In this document: in pieces, positions 9,068 to 17,005 of the stretch | How positions within the stretch are numbered: position 1 is the first letter of the stretch | Layout of the letters: every line of letters starts with the position of its first letter | Assembly (NCBI GenBank): GCA_033762115.1 | Contig: JANRLX010000094.1 | Span: 1 to 32,578, forward strand | Source: Verrucomicrobiota bacterium | GTDB lineage: Bacteria; Verrucomicrobiota; Verrucomicrobiia; Limisphaerales; SXQI01 | Reading direction: 5' to 3' | DNA: 32,578 bases | The notes under the pieces: generated by a model | What the model was told of the DNA's origin: nothing | Databases searched by the model: none | What the model saw: the letters and a program-made list of their open reading frames with translations, nothing else | Position numbers and translations under genes: made by a program

Positions 9068-10166
9068 AACAAAGCCCCTCGGCAATATTCTGGCCGTGGA
9101 TGACACCGCCGTGAATCTCCGCCTGCTCACAAACATGCTGGGGGAAAGAGGCTATCAGGTTCGTCCCGTCACCAGTGGTCGCCAGGCTCTTCAGGCTGCG
9201 GAACGGTTGGTGCCTGACCTGATCCTTCTCGATATCTACATGCCTGAAATCGACGGCTACGAAGTTTGCCGCCAGCTCAAGGCCAGCGAAACTCTCCGCG
9301 ATGTCCCGGTGATTTTTTTGACTGCGTTGACCGACACCGCAGATAAACTCAAGGCTTTTTCAGTCGGCGGAGTCGATTACATTTCCAAACCGTTCCAGAT
9401 CGATGAGGTCCTCGCGCGCGTCAAGGTTCACATCGATCTCCGCCGTGCCCAGGCCGATCTGGCGGGCAGCTACGAGCAACTGAAATCACTTGAGAAAGTG
9501 CGCGACAATCTCGTCCACATGATCGTGCATGATATGCGTTCACCTCTCGCTGTGATCATGGGACACCTCGAACTGATCCGGATGTTTTCCGAGGGCACCC
9601 TCAATGAAGACGCTGACCAAAGCCTCGAGGCAGCCCTTGCAGGCGCCAAAGGCCTCACCGCCATGACCAACGATCTCCTCGATGTCAGCAAAATGGAGGA
9701 AGGAAAGCTCCTGCTAAACCGCCAGCAGTGTGACATCAATGCCCTCGCCCAGGAAGTCGCCACTGGCCTCGCAACATTGGACCGCAGCCGCAGCATCTCC
9801 ATCGAAACAGTCGGCCCGGCCATCGCATCCTGTGACGCGGCAATCATGCGGCGAATTCTGCAGAACCTCATGAGCAACGCCATCAAGCACACCCCTTCCG
9901 GTTCTTCGGTCCGGGTGACAACGACTAATTCAGAGAATCATGTCCGAGTTTCCGTCATCGATGATGGCCCGGGAGTTCCAGCGGAGGCGCGGGAGAAAAT
10001 TTTCCAGAAATTTGGTGCCGCCGAAAGTCGTAAAGACCGAAAGTACCATTCCGTCGGGCTTGGCCTGGCCTTTTGCAAACTTGCTGTTCAGGCGCACGGT
10101 GGTCGGATCGGTGTCGAGCCCAACAATCCAAAAGGAAGTGTCTTTTGGTTTGAAGTCGATAAATGA
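9057..10166 (+). CDS. Hybrid response regulator-histidine kinase (REC-HisKA-HATPase)
   Basis: ILAVDD...DLILLDIYMPEIDG...KPF, HDMRSPL, NAIKHT, DDGPGV, GLGLAFC. ATG 9057 overlaps the upstream kinase end by 11 nt. Confidence 0.93.
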   Translation: MGAETKPLGNILAVDDTAVNLRLLTNMLGERGYQVRPVTSGRQALQAAERLVPDLILLDIYMPEIDGYEVCRQLKASETLRDVPVIFLTALTDTADKLKAFSVGGVDYISKPFQIDEVLARVKVHIDLRRAQADLAGSYEQLKSLEKVRDNLVHMIVHDMRSPLAVIMGHLELIRMFSEGTLNEDADQSLEAALAGAKGLTAMTNDLLDVSKMEEGKLLLNRQQCDINALAQEVATGLATLDRSRSISIETVGPAIASCDAAIMRRILQNLMSNAIKHTPSGSSVRVTTTNSENHVRVSVIDDGPGVPAEAREKIFQKFGAAESRKDRKYHSVGLGLAFCKLAVQAHGGRIGVEPNNPKGSVFWFEVDK

Positions 10167-10365
10167 TCGATGCCATCAATCCATTAAACCTGCTCCCTTT
10201 TGGCTCTGTGGTCCTTTCCGACCACACTTTATGAAACCAGCCCTGACCCGGCCTGTACGAACCCGAGCGTTTGTTCTTTCCCTTTCACAGAAAAGATCGA
10301 CCAATCTGATCCCTCATGGCAGATACTTCCCAGCGTAACGATTTTTCAAAGCTCCTTGCAAAGAC

Positions 10366-10827
10366 ATGAATGCGATCAAGGGTTACCATCTCATCACACC
10401 GCAGGACCTCCTCTGGCGTCCTTCCAACCTGATGCAAATCCCCAATGCCGATTACCTCGAACGCACCGGCAGTGAAAACATCGGCGCACGACTCTGGCGG
10501 CTCCCACCCAAAAGTGCAAACACCCTGCATAAACATATTCGCGCTGAAGAATTCTATTTCCTTCTCGAAGGCACAGGCCGCATCCGCGTGGGAGACGAAA
10601 CATTGACCGTCCCACGCTACGGCGGCGTCCTCGTCGGCCCGGAACAATTGCGTCAGGTCTTTAACGATACTGACTCTGAAGCGCTCTGGCTGATTATCGG
10701 CGCGCCGGAAGAACTCGAATTTCTCAAGGGATCAAAATCCTCCATGGACCTCTCCCTCATCTACCCTGTGGACCCAAAACAACTGCCCAAAGAACTCGGC
10801 GGCATCCAGTGGCCACCAAAGGAATAA
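10366..10827 (+). CDS. Cupin domain protein
   Basis: LHKHIRAEEFYFLLEGTG cupin motif 1; VGPEQLRQVFN motif 2. Confidence 0.85.
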   Translation: MNAIKGYHLITPQDLLWRPSNLMQIPNADYLERTGSENIGARLWRLPPKSANTLHKHIRAEEFYFLLEGTGRIRVGDETLTVPRYGGVLVGPEQLRQVFNDTDSEALWLIIGAPEELEFLKGSKSSMDLSLIYPVDPKQLPKELGGIQWPPKE

Positions 10828-10831
10828 TGCA

Positions 10832-12205
10832 ATGTTCCACCACACTGGTTTCATGACGCAACTCCTGTTCTCGCCTCGCGGCACAATCAATCGGTCCCTT
10901 TTTCTCTTTTCTGGCATCGCTCTTTTTCTTCTCAAATATGCTTTGGATTTCCTGATCGTTCGCATTCTCCTCGATCAGGTCTGGTGGCCTTGGAATTACC
11001 TCTATTTCCCATGGCAGGTCATGGAGGGCACCCTTGCAGCTCCGTTCCTCATGATCTTGTTGGCGATCCCATTCATCTGGATCGGCTCTGTTCTCACGTT
11101 GAAGCGGCTTCGATCTGCCGCTCTTTCTCCCTACCTCCTTTCCCTCTTTTTTGTCCCGGGAGTAAATCTCCTTCTCTTTCTCTATCTCAGCCTTAAACCT
11201 CCCACGGAACAATCCACTCCACCTTCCACGTTCACCCGGGAATCCCCTGCCATATCTCCAAAACTTCCTCACCTGGTTCGATTGTTTTTTGTTCCGCTCC
11301 TTTCGTTTCTCCTCGTTTGGTTTGCCACCGAACAACTTCAGAACTACGGCTGGGGCCTGTTTATCGGCCTGCCATTCATGATCGGTTTCCTATCCATGCT
11401 TTTGACCCCGCCGGATTCACCCTTTTCCAAAGGGTTCAAGAACACCCTTCTTGCCCTGGCTTTAACTGCTCTGCTTCTCCTCCTCCTGATGATCGAGGGA
11501 ATCATCTGCATTCTAATGGCCGCGCCGCTCGCCCTCCTTCTCGCCTGGTTGGGTGCCCTCCTCCTTTATCTCCTCCGCAACAGTTACCGTAGCTGGAACC
11601 AGGGACGCATTTTCTCCTGCTCCCTTCTCCTGCTTCCTTTTCTGATGGTCATTGAAGTTTTTTTCCCACGAACCCCTTCCCTCATCAAAGTTCAAAGCCA
11701 ACTGGAGATTGAGGCTTCACCTCTCACGGTCTGGAGCAATGTCATACAATTTCCCGAACTCCCCCCTCCCACTGAGTGGATGTTCAAGCTCGGCATTGCC
11801 TATCCACTCCACGCCACCATTGAAGGAACCGGCACCAACGCCATCCGGAAATGTAATTTTTCCACAGGCACCTTCCTTGAACCGATCATCATTTGGGACG
11901 AGCCTAACCTCCTCCGATTCACCGTCATTTCCAATCCGCCTCCCATGCGTGAATTTGCCCTTGGCCATGTTCATCCGCCGCACCTCGAAAATTTCCTTCA
12001 ATCCCAGGCAGGTGAATTCAAACTCATCCAGTTGCCTGGCAACCGCACCCGCTTGGAAGGCACCACCTGGTACGTCCATAACCTCTGGCCCGAAAAATAT
12101 TGGCAACTCTGGTCAGACCAGATCATCCACACCATTCACCTTCGCGTCCTCAACGCCATCAGGAAAAACGCCGAATCAATTCCGACCCACTCCAACCGGG
12201 AATAA
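10832..12205 (+). CDS. Multi-pass membrane protein: DUF805-like N-terminus and C-terminal SRPBCC/START-like domain
   Basis: LFSPRGTINR...KRLRSA DUF805 pattern, EGIICILMAAPL TM motif, IEASPLTVWSNV...WDEPNLLRF...TRLEGTTWY. Confidence 0.8.
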   Translation: MFHHTGFMTQLLFSPRGTINRSLFLFSGIALFLLKYALDFLIVRILLDQVWWPWNYLYFPWQVMEGTLAAPFLMILLAIPFIWIGSVLTLKRLRSAALSPYLLSLFFVPGVNLLLFLYLSLKPPTEQSTPPSTFTRESPAISPKLPHLVRLFFVPLLSFLLVWFATEQLQNYGWGLFIGLPFMIGFLSMLLTPPDSPFSKGFKNTLLALALTALLLLLLMIEGIICILMAAPLALLLAWLGALLLYLLRNSYRSWNQGRIFSCSLLLLPFLMVIEVFFPRTPSLIKVQSQLEIEASPLTVWSNVIQFPELPPPTEWMFKLGIAYPLHATIEGTGTNAIRKCNFSTGTFLEPIIIWDEPNLLRFTVISNPPPMREFALGHVHPPHLENFLQSQAGEFKLIQLPGNRTRLEGTTWYVHNLWPEKYWQLWSDQIIHTIHLRVLNAIRKNAESIPTHSNRE

Positions 12206-12333
12206 AACCTGCCTGCCCTTTTTTGTTTCGATCTCTCCTTCAGGGCTGAGCAGTATAAGCAGGGAGTCAGCATCAATTGTTGTTCTCGCGGGCAGTTTTA
12301 ATTTGCAACGCATCGAACTTTGTCATTTGGTGG

Positions 12334-13401
12334 CTATTTACGCAGCGCTTCCAGCGCGGCGGCTCGCACCTCTGGATACTCGCTGGTCCTTGAGATATCT
12401 TCTAGAATCCCGTCGCTCTCCGGTCGATGCGCCTCTGCGATCGCCTTTAACGCTTCCATTCGAACTTTATTGTCTCGGTGTTTTAAGAATCCTCGAAGGA
12501 GCTCCGTCGCCGCTCCGTTCTTCACCTCCCGCAACACTGCAATTCTGCTGGATTCGCCTGGCGCCATCCTGGGCAACCATGATTCGATCAATGGCAGCCT
12601 GCGCGCGTCCGCCGTGAGAACCGCCGCTCTGAGGGCGGTGAGCGCCACTTCGGAATCTGAAGAGGCCAAATGAGGAAGAATGGCTGGTAAAGCTGACGGC
12701 TCCTTTGATTCCCCCAGCTTTAAGATAATTATTTTCAACGTGTCGGGCGATTCGGCGGCGGGCGTCAAGCTTTTCGCGGCTTTGTCGAACGCTAGTAGCC
12801 ATTGCTTCGCTGCTAAAAGCGTGGAAGAAAGCTCGACTTCAGTGAGGTGCGCAACTGTCCCATCAGAAAATAGCGCCGCGCTGCCCGGCCCAACATGGAA
12901 GTCAGGCTTTTCCCATAGGATGGGAAATCGCAGCGTAACTCCTCCGTCAGCAGCGAGCAAAAGCCATTTACTGTGCATCCATTGCGACTTCGAGATGCAC
13001 CAGGTTTGATAGCTGGATCCATATTGCTCAACGGCGGTGGGACCGTCCGGGTTCGCCGGAGCGAGGGCCTGCATGGCTTCTCTCGAGACGAGGAGGTCCG
13101 CCTCATACGAAAGGCGTTTCAGCAGCGGCAAAAATATCCGTTCTGCCGAAACCGGTCGGGGAGTATTGCTTGACGACTCAAAACAATCGAGGAGATTGCC
13201 CAAATCAGGCCCGGAGGTCCCCGAAGCAGTTGCGAGCGCCAACCACAAATGCTTAAGGTCGCTAGCCGCTCCCGGACGGACCTTTCGCACCTCAGCTCCG
13301 AAGGATTCTCTGGCCTCAGCCCCCGCTCCTGCAGGGAGCGGGTCCCCGAGACTGCCGCTAGCGCTCAACAGTAAAATTGCCGTTAATTGAACAATCCGCA
13401 T
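12334..13401 (-). CDS. Exported protein with C-terminal HEAT/PBS-lyase-like repeats
   Basis: Signal-like MRIVQLTAILLLSASG; repeats LASSDSEVALTAL, LKHRDNKVRMEALKAI, PEVRAAALEAL. Start could be 13419 or 13434. Confidence 0.7.
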   Translation of the reverse strand: MRIVQLTAILLLSASGSLGDPLPAGAGAEARESFGAEVRKVRPGAASDLKHLWLALATASGTSGPDLGNLLDCFESSSNTPRPVSAERIFLPLLKRLSYEADLLVSREAMQALAPANPDGPTAVEQYGSSYQTWCISKSQWMHSKWLLLAADGGVTLRFPILWEKPDFHVGPGSAALFSDGTVAHLTEVELSSTLLAAKQWLLAFDKAAKSLTPAAESPDTLKIIILKLGESKEPSALPAILPHLASSDSEVALTALRAAVLTADARRLPLIESWLPRMAPGESSRIAVLREVKNGAATELLRGFLKHRDNKVRMEALKAIAEAHRPESDGILEDISRTSEYPEVRAAALEALRK

Positions 13402-13871
13402 ATCCGCTTGGAGATCCATGGCTGGTGTATCCAAAGCCCGCCTGCTGTAATCCTAAGTGAAGGGCCCATGGGGCAAATCGCGGACAATCTGATAATGTAA
13501 GTCTAATCCTGCCAGAGTCCCACAGAAGGTCAAGAATGATCAAGCCGTGTTTCAACACATAACATCTTATAGCGCGTGCAAAGCGACCAGTGATTTACAA
13601 AAACGTGGCGACCAATCCTGCATGGGAAGAGATTTGTTCTTGGTTAGGAACCCGAGTTCGCCTCAACTTCGGAAGTTACTTGACAAATGCGGCTGGTCTT
13701 GGCACCCAATAAACATAGGAAGAAATAACCATTTGCAGAATAACTTGGATTGTCAGGCCGCTGGCGGCGTTTAGCGTCTATGCGAGAGTCGCAGGGAATT
13801 TCAATGGCATTTGTTTTCTGAGACGCTGCTCGCAATTTAAGCGTTTTAAGTGTCTGGCAAGACAGCGTTGA

Positions 13872-14250
13872 TTCAATTCCGCCACTAAAGCGGCGACCGT
13901 CTTTAGAGATCTCAAGGGCGACCTAACTGCGGTGCTTTTTGGCTCAGCCGGCCTGGGCGGAATGCCTTTCTCCAGCAACTACTCGTTGGATTGGGGGTTT
14001 GGGTAGAATGTGGATGTCAACCATTTGATCATCAAAAATGACTTTGTGAAGATAAACGGTGGCACTGGCTTTTCCGAGTTGTTCGGGCCGGGAAGCCAAC
14101 TGTCAAACATTCAAAGGCAGCATGAACGTTTCGGCGGTTTTTGAGCCAATTACAATTTTGACCCTTAATACGACGGACTCCGCCACGGCTACATGGAACG
14201 GATCGAGCGCGAAGCCGGATATTGCTATCAAATTTACCTTTGAGCTCTAA
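13872..14250 (+). pseudogene. Possible degraded gene remnant
   Basis: Protein-like frame FNSATKAATVFRDLKGDL...WGFG*NVDVNHLIIKNDFVKINGGTGF... with TAG at 14004-14006, continuing after an apparent frameshift near 14110 as FKGSMNVSAVFEPI...FTFEL*. No recognised family. Confidence 0.25.
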
Positions 14251-15253
14251 AGAAAAAACTTTATCAGGAGCCCTCTGGAGTTTGCGCGTCACGCTCTTGG
14301 CGGCGGGGCTGCTCCACTGGGCCGCTGCTGGCGCGGACATTCCGGATTTCGTGGCTACAAAAAAAGCCGCTGAAGAGGGAGACGCCAGGGCTCAATACCA
14401 AATAGGCGTCTTCTTTGACAGAGGCATTGGGCGCCCCCGCGATCCCAAGGAAGCAGCTTTTTGGCTGACCAGAGCCGCAGAACAAGGAAACGTAAATGCC
14501 CAGGCGGCGCTCGGGCAGCTTTATTCACTGGACGAAGATTTCCCGCGGGATTACGAGAAAGCCTTGCATTGGCTTAAGAAGGCCGCGGCTCAAAACGAGC
14601 CCCGCGCGCAAATGTTGCTTGGGCAAATGTACGCGAAGGGTTCAGGCGTCCAAGCCGATGGGGAGCGCGCAGTTTCGTATTTTGAATCAGCAGCGAAGTC
14701 AGATCTCCCGGAAGCCTATTATGTGTTGGGTGAGCTGCGCAGAACGGGGGCGCTTGGGGTAAAGCAAGATCCGGCCATAGCCGCCTCGTGGTACGAAAAG
14801 GCGGCGGCCAAAAAGCATTTGTCGGCGATTGTTCAGCTTGCTTACCTGGTTCGGCGCGGCCATGGAGTGCCGCAGGATCATAAGAGGGCGACCAACTTAT
14901 TTCGAGAGGCGGCGGAGGCGGGAAATCCAGAAGGACAGATGGCCCTCGGCGCGTCGTATTTTAGCGGGCTTGGCGTGAATGAGGATCACGTCGAAGCGGC
15001 GCGTTGGATGGAAAAAGCTGCATTGCAAGGGCTGGCTCTGGCTCAATTTCAATTGGGCAGCTACTACTATCGAGGAGTCGGAAAGACTTTGAATATGGTG
15101 GAGGCGTTCGCCTGGACAGCGATATCCGGCATGGGCGGCTATGAAGAGGCCGAGTCAACTCTGGAATTGATGAGGAAGGGAATGACCGCGGAGCAAATAC
15201 TAGCCGGGGAAGCTCGAGCAGCAGAACTGCGCGCCTTAATGAAGAAAAAGTGA
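14240..15253 (+). CDS. Sel1-like repeat protein (exported)
   Basis: Repeated AAEQG..AQ..LG..Y..G.GV..D...A..W units and a hydrophobic leader. Start uncertain (TTG 14222 or 14240). Confidence 0.92.
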   Translation: MSSKEKTLSGALWSLRVTLLAAGLLHWAAAGADIPDFVATKKAAEEGDARAQYQIGVFFDRGIGRPRDPKEAAFWLTRAAEQGNVNAQAALGQLYSLDEDFPRDYEKALHWLKKAAAQNEPRAQMLLGQMYAKGSGVQADGERAVSYFESAAKSDLPEAYYVLGELRRTGALGVKQDPAIAASWYEKAAAKKHLSAIVQLAYLVRRGHGVPQDHKRATNLFREAAEAGNPEGQMALGASYFSGLGVNEDHVEAARWMEKAALQGLALAQFQLGSYYYRGVGKTLNMVEAFAWTAISGMGGYEEAESTLELMRKGMTAEQILAGEARAAELRALMKKK

Positions 15254-15420
15254 GTGCTCAGGAAACCACGCCCGACTAATTAAAAACTTATGAATTTATC
15301 GCCACGAGGCAAATCAAACTCATCGCAGCCCGCAGCCGCATTGAATTCGCCGCCTCTGTCCGGCGGACGACTCTCCGTGCTGGCGAACTGCATAACACGA
15401 TTTCGAAGCTAGGTTTGGCA

Positions 15421-15972
15421 ATGCAGTTCCGGTGGCTTGCATTTTCCTGCCTGCTCGCTTTGCCATGGCTCACCGTGGTGGCACGCGGTGCGGCGCCGCA
15501 TGATCCGAGCTCGCAATACCTGTTGCGATTCAAGATCGAACCCGGGGGGCCTGGCAAGACAGCTCCGGGCCAGGGAGCCGTCTCAAATATCGTTTGTTCA
15601 ATCGAAGCTTCGACGATGCCGGGCAAGGATTTTTTTGTAAGAGTGGCCAGAGACGAGAGAGAGCTGTCCCTGTGGGGCAAGCTTGAGCTTACGAAGGATG
15701 GCCTCGGGTTTGATGTTCGTTATTCGGTCCGGGACGCTAAACTTGGCGAGGTTACTGTCTTGCCTCGAGTCTTTGAAGGCGCGGCCGTCGTCAAACTGAG
15801 CGAGCCAGGGGAATTTGTGTTGGGCTCAAACGGAGAGAGCGCGAGCACATGCACATTGAGCGTCGAGCATTTTCAACCCGTGATCGCCCGTCAGACCACC
15901 CGCGCCCATTGGCGCATTCCCAGGGAAGGCTACGGCAAGTTCATCGCGGAGAACCACTCGCTTTTCAAATGA
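15421..15972 (+). CDS. Hypothetical exported protein
   Basis: ATG 15421, signal-like MQFRWLAFSCLLALPWLTVVARG, open to 15972. Confidence 0.6.
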   Translation: MQFRWLAFSCLLALPWLTVVARGAAPHDPSSQYLLRFKIEPGGPGKTAPGQGAVSNIVCSIEASTMPGKDFFVRVARDERELSLWGKLELTKDGLGFDVRYSVRDAKLGEVTVLPRVFEGAAVVKLSEPGEFVLGSNGESASTCTLSVEHFQPVIARQTTRAHWRIPREGYGKFIAENHSLFK

Positions 15973-16181
15973 GCTGCACCCTCCCTGCAACCAGGCCGCA
16001 CCGTCATTGCAGCGTCGCTCCAAGGGCCTCGAAATGCTCGGTTTACCACCCTTTTCAAACATTTCCCTGGAGTCTGAAAAGCGCGATCTGCGGCGCCGCC
16101 TCCTTTTTAGAACGTAAGCCCTTGATCTTAAGGGTCTTCAACCATCCTTAGCCCTCTTCCAGTAATTCCCCTATCATCCCC

Positions 16182-16280
16182 CTCATAATCGTAGTAGAGG
16201 CCGCTTTCGTTATCGTTGATGAAAACTGAGGCGGCAATGTGCATTGCATTGCAGAGGACGAGGCCTTCGGTGACACCGCT
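16182..16280 (-). pseudogene. yjbQ: yjbQ (UPF0047) internal fragment, inverted
   Basis: Minus strand reads [33 protein letters not shown], the conserved YjbQ middle block. Confidence 0.85.
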
Positions 16281-16478
16281 TCGCCGCACCAATATCACCA
16301 CAACAGAACCGGGGAGGACAACGCCGACGCCCATCTGAAACGCCAGATCATGGGCCGCGAAGTCGTCATCGCCATCACCAGCGGCAAACTCGACCTTGGT
16401 CCTTGGGAACAAATCTTCTATGGCGAATTTGACGGCAACCGCCGAAAGCGTGTGCTGGTCAAAATAATCGGCGAATGA
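16281..16478 (+). pseudogene. yjbQ: yjbQ (UPF0047) C-terminal fragment
   Basis: Plus strand reads [65 protein letters not shown]. No in-frame YjbQ N-terminus upstream. Confidence 0.9.
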
Positions 16479-16520
16479 GGTGGGGTTGGAAAGCTCGCGG
16501 AGACCTGAACCAACTGGCTG

Positions 16521-16826
16521 TCATTTTGAACTTCGTTTGAGTTCCTCCTCCAATATCTTTAACCGTTGCTGCCATGACTGGCGTGTTTTAGCCACCCATT
16601 CCACAAACTGATTGAACCCTTCCGGGCTGAGCGCCTGGATTCGTCTTTGCTGATCCACCCATCCCCGCACCAAACCCGCCTGGCGCAAAATATTCAGGTG
16701 CTGCGTGATTGCAGGGGCGGACAACTCAAACTCCGCCGCAATCTCCATCACCGTCCGTTCCCGCTCCGCCAGCAACTCGACAATTCGCCTGCGGGTGGGG
16801 TGAGAAAGCGCCGTGAAAACATCCAT
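16521..16826 (-). CDS. ArsR/SmtB family transcriptional regulator
   Basis: FTALSHPTRRRIVELL...VMEIAAEFELSAPAITQHLNILRQAGLV. Confidence 0.93.
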   Translation of the reverse strand: MDVFTALSHPTRRRIVELLAERERTVMEIAAEFELSAPAITQHLNILRQAGLVRGWVDQQRRIQALSPEGFNQFVEWVAKTRQSWQQRLKILEEELKRSSK

Positions 16827-16838
16827 GCTGCAACTTAC

Positions 16839-16870
16839 TTAAGCATTTCCTTAATTAAGTAAATCCTTAA
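16839..16870. promoter_or_regulatory. Two tandem palindromic boxes TTAAG-N6-CTTAA, probable ArsR autoregulatory operator
   Basis: TTAAGCATTTCCTTAA (16839-16854) directly followed by TTAAGTAAATCCTTAA (16855-16870), just upstream of the ArsR start. Confidence 0.7.
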
Positions 16871-17005
16871 TTATGTCCCACCATTTCCCACTTGTTCCCG
16901 CTTTTGCCCACCGGACAAAATCGTAACTTGTTGATAACAAACGTATTGCGATAGTCCCACTTCTGGGATTGGCACAATGGATCACTCTGGTTACCCTGCT
17001 TCATC

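Noticed and set aside
11652..12617. 321-aa plus-strand ORF
   Set aside because: Ser/Pro-rich alternate frame overlapping two better genes; a product of C-rich composition
16128..16412. 94-aa minus-strand ORF as a real gene
   Set aside because: Chimera of antisense yjbQ C-terminus and the inverted yjbQ fragment
16239..16478. 79-aa ORF as an intact short YjbQ
   Set aside because: The first ~14 codons are the antisense of the inverted fragment; the conserved middle block is not in frame
16969..16986. TGGCAC as a sigma54 -24 box (also near 13700 and 14060)
   Set aside because: No correctly spaced TTGC -12 element
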